Part shown: positions 23,690-35,080 of the stretch, piece after piece | Layout: every line of letters starts with the position of its first letter | How positions within the stretch are numbered: the first letter of the stretch is position 1 | NCBI GenBank assembly: GCA_020184695.1 | Contig: JAANOX010000096.1 | Coordinates: 64,882-128,881, forward strand | DNA from: Histomonas meleagridis 2922-C6/04-290x | Taxonomy: Eukaryota > Protista > Parabasalia | Length of the DNA: 64,000 nucleotides | Reading direction: 5' to 3' | Program-made: the position numbers and the translations under genes | Notes under the pieces: generated by a model | The model's database searches: none | The model's input: only the letters and a program-made list of their open reading frames with translations | What the model was told of the DNA's origin: nothing

Positions 23690-24370
23690 GGAATAGTTTC
23701 TGACCAGAAGTTGCTGGAGCATTAAAAGGACAATCAAAAATATGTGAAGTAGCTAGTGAATGGATAAAAACGATTACGAGTGATTTCATAAAACGAGGTT
23801 AATTATTAACACCATTTTCACTACATATATCATTTGGAATAACATCTAATTCAAGAAATTTTGTAAGTGATACAATTGATGCTATTGAATGTATAATTAA
23901 CAAATTTGCAGAAAATAATACCCTGAAGACCTCGGCCATTTTTGTATAATGTGCTTCAAGGCTACTGATTCTAATCCTACACGTATTTCGTAGTGCAAAA
24001 ATAGATTTCCGATGACAGAAATTTGTTGAATCTTCAACTTGGTATATGGTAATACATTAAATTAACTCTAATAAAAAGACAAATTGCCAAATTAAAGGCG
24101 AAGGCCATACATAAATGTATATCAATGCTGCATAGAAAGTTACTAAATGTTTCGCACTCAACGAAGAGAAGCTTTTACATGAAGACAATAAGAACTTAAG
24201 GCGTTAAAATAATAAAACAGATGAAACGCAAGGTTTTGCTAATATTTATATCGAATTAGATGATCTAAGTGAAAATGTACAATTAATAAGGAAATAACCT
24301 CAGAATCTAGAGGAAGGAGGACTCGAATTCGATAAAAGGGCTATCACAAGGGAAATTGATTATCTATCTG
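23690..24370 (+). mobile_element. Degraded DNA-transposase-like relic (hAT-like)
   Basis: Stop- and frameshift-riddled frames ...SDTIDAIECIINKF...ATDSNPT...MTEIC*IFNLVYGN resemble hAT motifs (I.EVL..F, TDNA.N, C..H.LNL). No terminal repeats identified. Confidence 0.35.
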
Positions 24371-25075
24371 ATCAGATAGATTAAACATAAGTTTGTGAAA
24401 TTAATTTCCCCAAAAATAAACAAGTGGAAAATTTGCAATAAAAAATAAAAATAAAAGTTTTTAAACTATAGCTCGCCTTAAGGCTCACAAAAAAATATTT
24501 GGGCTTAAAGAAAAGTGACATTTTGGGGTGCCCTAGAGAAGTGATCACTTTTAATGTTATTTTTTGCCAAAATATAAAAATATCTCACGAAACCCTTGTT
24601 TTATTTGAACCAAATTATAAGAATCTCATTAATTTCATCTATAGGTCTTTTATATCTATATATTATCTTGTTCATCAAATTTTGTTACAATATGAACCTT
24701 GAAAACATGATTTTGTCCCCAAATGAAAACTTTATTTCTCTTATTATTTGAGATATTTATATTTTGTCTATAAAAATTTTATTTTTAGAAAAAATTTGAT
24801 TATTCTATCAGATAAATTTTTGAAATATTTTTTGATGTGGAGATATAAAGAATATTCAAACTAAAAATTGTGTGTAATCTTTAAACAAATTTAAAAAACC
24901 TATGTAAATAAAGCCAAGCCATTCTGATGGTTATAACATAACATGTGTGCCGCTTTCTGATTGGTGTATTTTTTATCGTTGTTGGCAAAATTTTATTCAA
25001 TTGGCATAAATTAATTAATCGAAAGGTAACACAATTCAAGAATTTAATGAATTTGCAAATAATACTTCAAGTATT

Positions 25076-26368
25076 ATGAAAAAACAATCTCGTTATACAC
25101 ATATGACTGAAAAATACATTTGATAGGAATATTTAATGTTTTAATGTAAATTTTGAAATTATTATCTTTAATTTAGGAAAGCACTTGAGCTTGCAGAAGC
25201 TTATGGTAACACCAATGTTATTAATATACTTCTTGAAGGAACAAATATTAATGGTAAAGATATTACTTTATTTCAATCAAAATTTGATTTAGTTATTTGA
25301 TAAATATTCAAAATATTTGGAATTTTTTTAATATATTTGTACCATTACTTATATGGGCATGCATGGAAAATAAAGTCAAAGTGTTTAAAGCTCTTCTTGA
25401 ACAAAAAAGAATAGATGTTAATATTAGAAATGTTTTATTATCTATACCAATGTTTGTATAAGTAATTGAATTTTTTATTATTAATCCCAAAGATATTTAT
25501 TTGTACTATTTAATTTTTATTTCAATAATTTTGTATTTTAAAACAATATTTGGAAATTATTTAGAATATTTAATACAGTACTTATGTATGCATCTGGAAA
25601 TAATAAAATAAATATAGTTAAATTACTTCTTGAACACGAAGGAATTGATATTAATGCTAAAAATATTTATTTGTTTTATTCGAAATTCATATTAATAATT
25701 TTATATTTTAAAATAATATTTGGAAATTATGTAAATTATTTAAAACAGCACTTATGTGTGCATCTGAAAAAGGTTATACAGAAACAGTTAAATTACTTCT
25801 TAAACAAGAAGGAATTGATATTAATGCTAAAGATATTTATTTGTTTTATTTAAAATTTATTTTAATAATTTTATATTTCAAAATAATATTCGAAAATGAT
25901 ATAAAATATTTAGAACAGCACTTATTGAAGCATCTTATAATGGTCATACAGAAACAGTTAAATTACTTCTTGAACAAGAAGGAATTGATATTAATGATAA
26001 AGATATTTATTTGTTTTGTTTAAAATTTATTTGAATAATTCTGGATTTCAAAATAATATTTGGAAATTATTTAAATCATTTAAAACAGCACTTATGGCAG
26101 CATCTAGATGTGGTTACATAGAAATAGTTAAATTACTTCTTGAACAAGAAGGAATTGATATTAATTTTACATCTATTCATTTGTTTTATTTAAAATTTAT
26201 TTTAATAATTTGATATTTCAAAATAATATATGGAAATTATTTATATTATTTGATTCAGCACTCGCCAATTTGTATTGGGAAGACGCCATGAAAATTTTTA
26301 AATTGATTGCTGAGCGCGCAGAAAAAAGGAACACACAAACGGGAATTAAGCGATACAACGAACAGTAA
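25076..26368 (+). CDS. Ankyrin-repeat protein interrupted by 30 x 17-nt units; 260 aa after removal (array B)
   Basis: Spacers 25115-25174, 25262-25338, 25432-25488 (truncated), 25495-25571, 25665-25741, 25835-25911, 26005-26081, 26175-26251. 1293 - 510 = 783 nt = 261 codons ending at TAA 26366-68 after a unique tail (DSALANLYWEDAMK...YNEQ). Start codon uncertain. Confidence 0.65.
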
Positions 26369-26422
26369 CAGGAATAAACGACACATCAACATTTTTATGT
26401 ATATATCTTAGCATTTAATAAA

Positions 26423-26860
26423 TTACTTCTTTGGAGCAGGTTCTGATGCTGAATCTTCTTCCTTCTTTTTTTTAGATAGGTTTATCAGCTTCGAGTTACG
26501 ATTCCTTTTGGAAGCTCATGGAATTTACTTGGTTTGATGCTGATGTTTGTATGCTCTGATCGTGCCGGGAAGACTTCACTGTGCTTTAATTGCTTCTGGT
26601 GTATTCTTCTTCTGCGCGGAGTACTGCGATTTCATCCATTCATCGCAAAGCCAAGAAGACTTTGGCAACGTGTCTTTGGAAGTGTTGCATTAACTTGTGC
26701 TGGCTTGTTAAATGGATGAACTTCATAGCTCCAGATGATGCATTAGATATTTGCTTTTATGATTGTGTAACTTTCTTGTTCGCATAGAGTTCATCAAGAT
26801 ATTGGAAGCAGACTCTCTTCAAATGATAAGATGACCCATTTTACAGGCTGGTGCAAGTTG
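26423..26860 (-). pseudogene. Pseudogene fragment of an unknown protein
   Basis: GC-richer, codon-like frame HLKRVCFQYLDELYANKKVTQS*...KKKKEEDSASEPAPKK* with several in-frame stops. Confidence 0.45.
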
Positions 26861-27134
26861 ATAAATTGATAGATCTTGAACACTTTATAATTTCATTTAA
26901 GATCTTCATTATTCTCTTTCTATCCTATCCTAATATTAAATAATCACATATTTCGATGAATTTAATGTTTTACCATAAATAATCGCAATTGTTGCATCTG
27001 ATCCTTTTTAAATTTTTACAATATTTCGTTGGGTCAAATTTCTAGATAGTATGTAAATTACATACAATTTTAAAATAAATTTGGCTATATTAATTTTTTT
27101 CTATGCAATCATTGTTGGTTGGTTTCTGTTTTGT

Positions 27135-27543
27135 TTAATATATATTATTTTTCCCTTGAAGTATGTTCAAATATACATTTCTAGATGCAATAATAAATTC
27201 TGGATCAAACATTTAAGATAGCTTCCGAATGTTATTTTGTATTTATTTTTGTCTTTATATTCTAAAGTTTTAACTTCGTTTAGAAAATCCAGATATCAAA
27301 ATCTTTAATTCTTATAACAAAAGATGAGTACATCATTTCACTAATCATCAAATATAATGTTAATGAGTAATTTTCAAAATCGATTTTGTACTTTATAAAA
27401 TTTAATGCAAGAGATATATTTTCTTTTTTCAAACCGAAAATTATTTGATTAAGTGATATTAAAGTTTCCAATTCACTGTGAATATTTTGATTTGATTTTA
27501 TTATTTTAGAAGACATGTTTTGGAAAATACGATCGAACACCAT
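27135..27543 (-). pseudogene. N-terminal remnant of the same DUF3447-ankyrin family
   Basis: ISLNQIIFGLKKENISLALNF...YLMISEMMY parallels LEEVIFNLNSKNLNESI...YLIICRLLY of 48561; frameshift near 27280, then decays. Confidence 0.45.
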
Positions 27544-28302
27544 CTCTGTTTGGTTAGAGATAACAATAAAAGTGTAATTTTTGGATAAAATTTATTTGTT
27601 TTTGACTTTCCTATGATAAACTTAGCAATTCAAATTGGTTAATATAATGATTAAAATTTCATTCGAAATAAAGGAATAAAAATTTATAAAAAGAATCGAC
27701 AAACATTTTGTCAAGCCTTTTTCATGATGAATATCTAACAATACTTCATAAAATTTATGACAAATATATTTAATATATTGTGAAGTGCTTCTGACTTGAC
27801 ACTAAAGTTATGTTATCAACTAAATAAAAACAATTATTGTTTTTCTCATTAGAACATTTATAGGCAAATAGTGATTTTTTTTTATGTACAGTAGAATATA
27901 TGCATATTAAATGGAATACTATTTTATTAACAAAATATATGGTTGTAGATTTTTAAATTCATTTTAATTAAGATTACAATCATTTCATATATAAATGTCA
28001 TTATTACTTTCTAAGTTAAGCTTATATCCAAAAAGATATTTACGCACAGTTTACTTTTTTAGCCTTAACATATAAATAACATTTTATTGTTTAATAAAAA
28101 AAGAAAATACCTTTGGTTGTCTCTGTGATTAATTTCATTGAAATTATTAATTGATTTTATGAATATCATAAAATTATCCAATGAATTATTTGTAAAGTGT
28201 GGTTTAAAATGAATGAAAAGAGATCTCTTTCGGAGATAAAAACTGTACAATTTCAAGCAGTTTGAAATTTTTTGGGTATTCATTTTTTCTTTGATTATTC
28301 GG

Positions 28303-28313
28303 TCATTTCACTT
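28303..28313 (+). promoter_or_regulatory. Tandem Inr-like TCATTTCACTT
   Basis: 9-19 nt upstream of ATG 28322; supports that ATG over the TTG at 28313. Confidence 0.6.
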
Positions 28314-28321
28314 TGAGGGCG

Positions 28322-31300
28322 ATGTCAAACAGCGGGAATCTCCAAGAACAAGAAGCCCTTCAACAGTGGGGTGACATTGATGAAAAACCAGTAACTGGGA
28401 GTGTTCCTCGAGCTGTTCCTTTAATAAATTTAATTTCTTATCCAAAAGAAGATGAGTACAATTATAAAGTTGCAATCGGAACAGGCCTTTCATCAACGCT
28501 ATCTATCATGCAAATTTATCAGCTAGATTATTTAATTGAAATTATCGATAAACACATATCTTACATTTATCCGTTAAGATCTACAACTCGTGGCTTAGAG
28601 GAAGCCTTAAAAAAGACAAATCCTCCTCAAACCAAAATTAATCCAATTGCAACATCAATGTTAAAAAAGTTAATGAATAATTTTAAAACAATCAAACAAC
28701 ATTGTGATGAAACAATTAGTCAAATTTCAGCAGTATTCCATCAACAAGATTTTTGGTTCAATGGTTATTATAGTGATGTTTTTCTTGATAAATTATTTTA
28801 TCTTATTTACCGACTAATTTCTCTTGGTAAGCTTTGCCCAACGAGATCAGCTCTTTCTGATGATATTTCAACTCTTCATAAACTTATAAAGCCCGTTGAT
28901 AATAGTTTAGTTCCAATGGAAACTCGTATGTGGATGAACACGCCAAATGCCATCAAAATGTCACTTCTAGACCAGCTTAGTAATCTTCCTTATTCACTTG
29001 TTCTTCATATCTTCAACATATTTATCAGACGAATAACAGAATTACTTAATGAAGAACGTTTTATATATCCAAACATGGAAACAGCGGCCATTATTTCACT
29101 TCTTTTTATCATAGACTTTTTCACGAAGATGCAACAAAAAGAAAAATCAGATGCATCTGCCAAAAAGAAAGTCCTTAGAGAAATTCCAAAGACTGTCATA
29201 CCTCTAATTACTAAGGAGCGTGCTAAGCATCCGGCTCTTGTCTTAGTTTTTGAATTTGGAGTAGATTTTGATCAATTTATTACTGTTGCAACAGACATTA
29301 CGCAAAAACTTGGTGGTAAGCCACGCTTAAACGTCAACCTATTTTCAACCCTTAATGAGCTTAGCGAATGCTTTACAAGTGTTTCGCAAGTGATTTCGAG
29401 AATAACCGCCAACGATACGCCAAGTAAAGAAACCGTCGACCGAATCATAACACTTTTACCAAAGGCATTTCGTTTAATCGGGAACTCTATCCATCTTTTA
29501 ACCGAATTTGTTATTGATAAACATGACCATGCGCCGCCTGCTCCAACTACAACAGAATCTGAAGAAGAAGGAAATACTAATAACAAAATGCCAATGAGTA
29601 AGTACGAATTAGCAATGAGATATGGCTTAAGTGATGACGAACGTGAGAATATAATGCAAATCTTAGCTTTATGTCGTGCATTTCGTGAAATGCTAACAAG
29701 TGATTTACCACGATTAAACTCAATTATATCCAATTACATCCAAGAAGAGATCCAAATCTTTGTTAAAAACGAACTCGAATCAGCATTAATCAAGCTCAAG
29801 ACGAAAATGAAAGATAATACATTAAGTAATGAACTTGAGAAACTTCGAGCCACAATGGGCTATTTCAAAAGCGACGACGAGATGGTACTTAAGATACGTA
29901 ATAAAGAGACACCACCGTTAGTTACCTATGAAGCACATTCGCCACCACATATATCATTATTACAATTATTACGTAGCCAATTACAAATGATCATTAATCC
30001 AGAAAGTTCTATAATGTCGAAAGGCATTTTTTTCTCATCATTAGACAAAGCCACAATTGAGAGCTTTACGAAATTTGTCAAGCAGTCAGAATTTTATTAT
30101 GATTTATTACAATTAGAGAAAACATTAAATATTGTTAGTGATCAATCCTCATTATTCTTTAAGGAATTCTTCTTAGATATGTATCGAAAGTCATCGGAAA
30201 TGAAAAGTCATGCCAAAAGTGAAACAGCAGTACATTTTCCTATTACTACATCATTACCATATGTATTAATTGATTATGCGATTACACATCCAGAGAAACA
30301 AGAATTAATTGGATCATTATATTATCCATTAAGTATTTATGATGATGCCGCAAGCAAAGCATTACGTTATTTAGATTCACGTTATTTATTTGAAGAAATT
30401 CGTGCAGAAAGTGAAATTTGTTTATTAACTATATCCAAAATGATTGTTGACTTTGTCTTTGAGAAATTAAAGAATTTCTTTAATCAACAATTCATTGATC
30501 AATATAATAATCAATTATTAAAGAATGGATTTGATAAGATCATCAACACGAATAATAATGATTCATTACGAATTATTCGAATCTTACAACAAAATCAACT
30601 TTTCTTATTAGGTAATCATATTGATATTAAGTCTATATATGTATCACGACTTAATGAAATGTTCTTTAATAACATATCGAATAATTTAAAGATTATTACT
30701 AATTATGGTATCTTAGGGTTAATGATATTTTCTAAATCGAATTCGATATTAGAAGAAATGCATAAAACATTTGTTAATTATGGATTGCAACTTACACCAT
30801 TTAATGATATCATTAAGACATGTTTAGCCATTACTAAGCCTGATAGTTTCCGTAGTAAAATTCTCGAATATATAATAACACATATGATACGTAAGTTAAT
30901 ACCACAATTCTTCTTACATTCAAACCCTCATAGATTAGTTCCACCATTAACAGGTGAATCAACAATAAGTAAATTCTTAAAGTCACATAAAATATCAATA
31001 CCTTCAACACTTAAACAAACAGCATCATTTGTAACTGTTGAACATTTCCGTGAATTATTTAAATATATTGATGACGCTTCAATAGTTATTATCATTCAAG
31101 AGATTAAGAATTATATTCGTGAATTATTTAAAGAATTTGTTTCTATTTATAGTGAAACGCATGGAAAAATACGTCGAATTTCAAACGTATCAATTGCAAC
31201 AAGTTGTCATAAGGCATATGATATGTTCGAAGGCGCATATCGATCATTTATGTATGAGAAACAAATCGATGAATTGTTTGGTGTAATGCGTTCAATAGGT

Positions 31301-31987
31301 AACGCTATAGCTATATCGGAAATGTTTGATTACGCATTTTGTTTAAGGCGTTCATCATCACAACAAATATCAAGTTATATATATCAAATTAACCCGGGTA
31401 ACATTGAAGAGCCTTTAAATGATTCATTTTTCTCGACTTTCGATATAAATTTTAGTGAATATAAGAAATATTTTAATGGTATTAATGTAATACCAAACAA
31501 ATCTGAAATTGCGCCCCCTTTCATGCAAGAAATTATATCAGAAATAGCAAAAATTTGTACTGATAAATGGGAATTATTCGATGAAACTTCGGGAAATTTA
31601 TTCGATTTCCAGTCGTATCGAGGATTCGCTTCTGTTTGGAGTGTTTTGGAATATGTTTTCATACTAAAAGAAGTGTATAGTAAAGAAAGTAATAACGAAA
31701 ATGAAGAAGAAAATATTAAGAAAGTAAACAGAGGCGCATTCGCACAGTTCGGAGAAGGCGTTTTGATTTGCGCTGCTGCAATTCTTTGCGTAACAAAACA
31801 ACAGAACTTGGCAAAGATGTTGTCAATAGGTGGAAGAATTTCACAAATGAGAAAGACTGACTTGGCAATACTGGAGGAGGACGTGATGCCGAAGTTTTTG
31901 GCAGTAGAACAATTGGTGGAAGAGGCAATGAGCTACTCGACCTCGTCAATAGCACCAACAGTTGAAGCGATTTATGGAAGAAAATAA
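28322..31987 (+). CDS. CYFIP: CYFIP/Sra-1 (WAVE complex subunit) homolog
   Basis: HFPITTSLPYVLIDYAI, LYYPLSIYDDAASKALRYLDSRYLFEEIRAES and FGEGVLICAAAILCV parallel CYFIP motifs; about 1220 aa. Confidence 0.85.
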   Translation: MSNSGNLQEQEALQQWGDIDEKPVTGSVPRAVPLINLISYPKEDEYNYKVAIGTGLSSTLSIMQIYQLDYLIEIIDKHISYIYPLRSTTRGLEEALKKTNPPQTKINPIATSMLKKLMNNFKTIKQHCDETISQISAVFHQQDFWFNGYYSDVFLDKLFYLIYRLISLGKLCPTRSALSDDISTLHKLIKPVDNSLVPMETRMWMNTPNAIKMSLLDQLSNLPYSLVLHIFNIFIRRITELLNEERFIYPNMETAAIISLLFIIDFFTKMQQKEKSDASAKKKVLREIPKTVIPLITKERAKHPALVLVFEFGVDFDQFITVATDITQKLGGKPRLNVNLFSTLNELSECFTSVSQVISRITANDTPSKETVDRIITLLPKAFRLIGNSIHLLTEFVIDKHDHAPPAPTTTESEEEGNTNNKMPMSKYELAMRYGLSDDERENIMQILALCRAFREMLTSDLPRLNSIISNYIQEEIQIFVKNELESALIKLKTKMKDNTLSNELEKLRATMGYFKSDDEMVLKIRNKETPPLVTYEAHSPPHISLLQLLRSQLQMIINPESSIMSKGIFFSSLDKATIESFTKFVKQSEFYYDLLQLEKTLNIVSDQSSLFFKEFFLDMYRKSSEMKSHAKSETAVHFPITTSLPYVLIDYAITHPEKQELIGSLYYPLSIYDDAASKALRYLDSRYLFEEIRAESEICLLTISKMIVDFVFEKLKNFFNQQFIDQYNNQLLKNGFDKIINTNNNDSLRIIRILQQNQLFLLGNHIDIKSIYVSRLNEMFFNNISNNLKIITNYGILGLMIFSKSNSILEEMHKTFVNYGLQLTPFNDIIKTCLAITKPDSFRSKILEYIITHMIRKLIPQFFLHSNPHRLVPPLTGESTISKFLKSHKISIPSTLKQTASFVTVEHFRELFKYIDDASIVIIIQEIKNYIRELFKEFVSIYSETHGKIRRISNVSIATSCHKAYDMFEGAYRSFMYEKQIDELFGVMRSIGNAIAISEMFDYAFCLRRSSSQQISSYIYQINPGNIEEPLNDSFFSTFDINFSEYKKYFNGINVIPNKSEIAPPFMQEIISEIAKICTDKWELFDETSGNLFDFQSYRGFASVWSVLEYVFILKEVYSKESNNENEEENIKKVNRGAFAQFGEGVLICAAAILCVTKQQNLAKMLSIGGRISQMRKTDLAILEEDVMPKFLAVEQLVEEAMSYSTSSIAPTVEAIYGRK

Positions 31988-32053
31988 TAAAAATGAAATT
32001 ATCGAACAAATTAATTCGTTATAAATTTTGTGACTATTTAACTCGTAAAGAGT

Positions 32054-32210
32054 TCACAAGATGTGTCGTGCGATCTAATCAGCATTTCGATATGTTATGA
32101 AATTTATTACACATTTCGATATGTTATGTGATATAATTATAATTTTGATATGTGGTGTGATCTAATCCACATTTCGTTATGTCATAAGGTCGAATCCGCA
32201 TTGCGATATC
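32054..32210. repeat. Degenerate 29-bp minisatellite, about 5.5 copies
   Basis: CATTTCGATATG-like cores at 32083, 32112, 32141, 32170, 32199 (exact 29-bp spacing). Confidence 0.8.
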
Positions 32211-32396
32211 TGAAAAAATATTTTTTCATAATGTATAATCGATTACAATTTGGAAGTTATCAAAGAAAACATTGATGTTCCATTTCGAAAACTCAGTTAA
32301 TATATCTTAGAGAAACGAGTTACAGAAGAAGAAGAAGCACTTTTTTTATTTGGTGGTTAAAAGTGGCAAAAGATTGGCACTTTTCATAAGAGGGGA

Positions 32397-32891
32397 ATGC
32401 AAGAACAAGAAAAACAAGTTTGTATTAATGTAATGGGTAAATTAATGTCGAAACCTCTTGCAAGAAGCTTCGTTGATATTCAATATTTTACTTCTCAATT
32501 TCCTCAATTAAACCCGAATTTCGAATTTTTTCCTTCAATTCTAGAAAGAGTTAAAAACGATCAATTTACATCTATTGCTCAATTTTCCTCTTACTTCGAA
32601 AAAAATTTAAATTTGGTTATTAATTCCATTGCCATGTCGGAACATGTTGACCATAATTTGATTGCATTGGATGGTGTGGCCAGGTCATTTATATCATATT
32701 TCGGGAAGACGCTTAAAAAACAAATGATGAGTGATTTTGAGAGATATAAAGCAAAAATCATTAAATGTAATAATAAAGTAGAAGAAATTAAACAAATCAG
32801 ACCGCGTGATTACTATGAAGATGAAGCTATATTTTTACAAGTTTCCTCTTTTAATCCAGATCCAATTCCTCAAAAGGTTTTTCCTACATAA
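32397..32891 (+). CDS. Bromodomain-like small protein
   Basis: LMSKPLARSFVD...ILERVKNDQFTSIAQFSSYFEKNLNLVINS resembles trichomonad single-bromodomain proteins. Confidence 0.55.
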   Translation: MQEQEKQVCINVMGKLMSKPLARSFVDIQYFTSQFPQLNPNFEFFPSILERVKNDQFTSIAQFSSYFEKNLNLVINSIAMSEHVDHNLIALDGVARSFISYFGKTLKKQMMSDFERYKAKIIKCNNKVEEIKQIRPRDYYEDEAIFLQVSSFNPDPIPQKVFPT

Positions 32892-33581
32892 ATATGATTC
32901 CCAAATAATATCAACAGATAAATGTTTCACAAAGCGAATTAACATAGAAAAACAACAACTGAATAAAAGTTATTACTTATTGTAATTTATTTTTCTAATC
33001 TTCATTTGCAAATAGGAATTATGTTTGCAATAAAAAATATTTACAATAATACTTTTAATGTTTGAAATAAGAATATTTATATTTACAATTTTTTTCCCTT
33101 TCTATTGGTCATGCTGTTTCAGTATAAATTTATGTATACATAATTTTCTCATGTTGAAATTGTTGAATTTGTTAATATAATATATTGATAAAATCTTATT
33201 AGAAGCACAAAAAATTTGTTCCATGAATTTCGGGATACTATAGTTTTGCTATTTCGCTACTTTACAACTCTTAAAATATCAGTTTTTTGATGCTGATGAA
33301 AACATTCCTGTATATCATAATTTTAAAGATAATTTTATTAAAAAATTTATCATTTTTGCTTAAAATAAAAATTATATCAATTATTCATGCTTTACATTAA
33401 TTTATTTAATAATTTTAGAGGTATTCCTATTTTATATTTTAATATAAATTAAGACTTTATTATTTGAATGTGGGAGGATAGAATAACCGTTTTAAAACAT
33501 TTTGAATTAAAAATAATCGTGTTTGAATTTCAGAAGTTTTTTGATTTTTTGAATGCTATTTGATCGTATTTCATCAAACCA

Positions 33582-34499
33582 ATGGATAAAGTGATTTTAA
33601 AATACAAAAATTCGAACTTTAAAGTAACAAAAGACACGCTGTTTATAAACTCAAAAAAACTTCAAAATATAAAAAGCACTTATGAATTTGAAGAAGATGA
33701 TTTAGTATCTAATGAATCTTTTTTAAACTTTCTAGGAGCTTTAACAGGAAACAAATATACAGTAAATTGCAGCAATGTTTACGAGCTCAAGTATCTTGCA
33801 AATAAATGGGGATTTAATCGCTTGAAGAATGAAGCTATTTCATTTATAACTCAATGTAATTCCCCAGAACTCGCTTTATCCAAATTTTTTTACAAAACCA
33901 AGTTCAATAAAAATACATCTGAAATCATCAGAATTATTTCTTCGAATTTTGATCATTATCTTAAATTCAAGAAGATCGATGACATCAATTTTGAAACCTT
34001 CAATAAGATAATTACATGTTCTTCATTCAAATGCTCTGATCAGTTCAGTCTCAAAAATTACATTTTTAACAGATATCAAAAAGACCCAAAATTTTCTACA
34101 TTTTTTAAATACATAGATCCATCACTTTTCACAGATAGCGAAAAGAAGTCATTAAAATCAGATCCTAGCATTGATATCAAAATCAATCAATCGATCACAT
34201 TTGGAGAGCAAATCAAAGAACAGCAGAAACAACTTCAACAACTTGAACAAAAGTTACGGGAGTTGTCTGTTTCAAAGGATTCTGATGAATATATCACTTC
34301 TCGGTTGGAAAAACTTCGCAAAAAATTCGACGAAAACATCAAACAAAAGGAAAACCAAAAAGAAACAGAACTACCCGTCGAAGGCTTCTTGCTTTCCCTT
34401 AACACAATCAAAGAGTCATTGGAGGGAATCGATCTGCGTACACAGGATCTTGAGTATAAGTTTGGTCAAGCGATAAGATTTGCTGAAAGATATAAATAA
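33582..34499 (+). CDS. BTB/POZ-like domain plus coiled-coil protein
   Basis: N-terminal VILKYKNSNFKV...SNVYELKYLANKWG (BTB-like); C-terminal heptad-rich region. Confidence 0.55.
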   Translation: MDKVILKYKNSNFKVTKDTLFINSKKLQNIKSTYEFEEDDLVSNESFLNFLGALTGNKYTVNCSNVYELKYLANKWGFNRLKNEAISFITQCNSPELALSKFFYKTKFNKNTSEIIRIISSNFDHYLKFKKIDDINFETFNKIITCSSFKCSDQFSLKNYIFNRYQKDPKFSTFFKYIDPSLFTDSEKKSLKSDPSIDIKINQSITFGEQIKEQQKQLQQLEQKLRELSVSKDSDEYITSRLEKLRKKFDENIKQKENQKETELPVEGFLLSLNTIKESLEGIDLRTQDLEYKFGQAIRFAERYK

Positions 34500-35080
34500 A
34501 CTTTTTTGTTAATATTTTTTTATTTCAACTTGTTAACAAAATATTTTACAAAATTATTTACAAGTTCGATAATAAGTAAAACGTATGCAATATCTATCAT
34601 TGTTCTTGAATAATTGTTACTTTTTTATCTTTAATAGTAAATAATTTTATAGTTTTCTGTATTTATCTATGATTCACAATATGGTTTAAGTGATATTTCA
34701 TTACTTGTTGAAGGCATAGTCACTATTGAGTCAGTGAAAAACAGTATCCTGACAACTGGAATCATTGCAATTAATAAAAAAATTTTGTGTCATCATTGAA
34801 TTTATCCAAATAAAGTGATTGTAACTATAAGCAAATTCTCTTGAGTTTAATATATATTTGCAAAAGAATGTTAAATAACATTAATGACTGTTTTAATATG
34901 CATCAACGCAAAATGATAAAATTACATTCTATGAGCGTTAAATTCCAAACGACAATAATTTGCGCAAACCCAAAGTTAATATAGAGTTGAAAATGATTTT
35001 TCTGACTGCTTTAAAATGCATCGACGCAAAATGAATTCCAAAAATATGTAATTACATTTTATTAGACAACAATTTCATAT

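Noticed and set aside
25673-25740. Canonical 68-nt intron starting at the GT at spacer position 9
   Set aside because: The GT is missing in many copies, there is no AG acceptor, and no trichomonad ACTAAC branch motif is present.
25663-25748. One AT-AG / AT-AC (U12-like) intron per repeat, from G|ATATTTAT to ACAG|
   Set aside because: It would delete D-x-x-G-x-T from every repeat. It fails in copies reading ACA TTA, ACA TCA or starting CT/GT, there is no ATATCCTT donor, and it does not explain the invariant Gly at offset 58-60.
25584-26213. Short six-frame ORFs over the arrays as separate genes (also 18733-19005, 19089-19406)
   Set aside because: They are chimeras of ankyrin coding blocks and read-through of the spacers in shifting frames.
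34887-35035. Imperfect ~31-bp direct repeats (ATGCATC(A/G)ACGCAAAATGA) about 116 bp apart as element ends
   Set aside because: No target-site duplication, coding capacity or second copy in the window.
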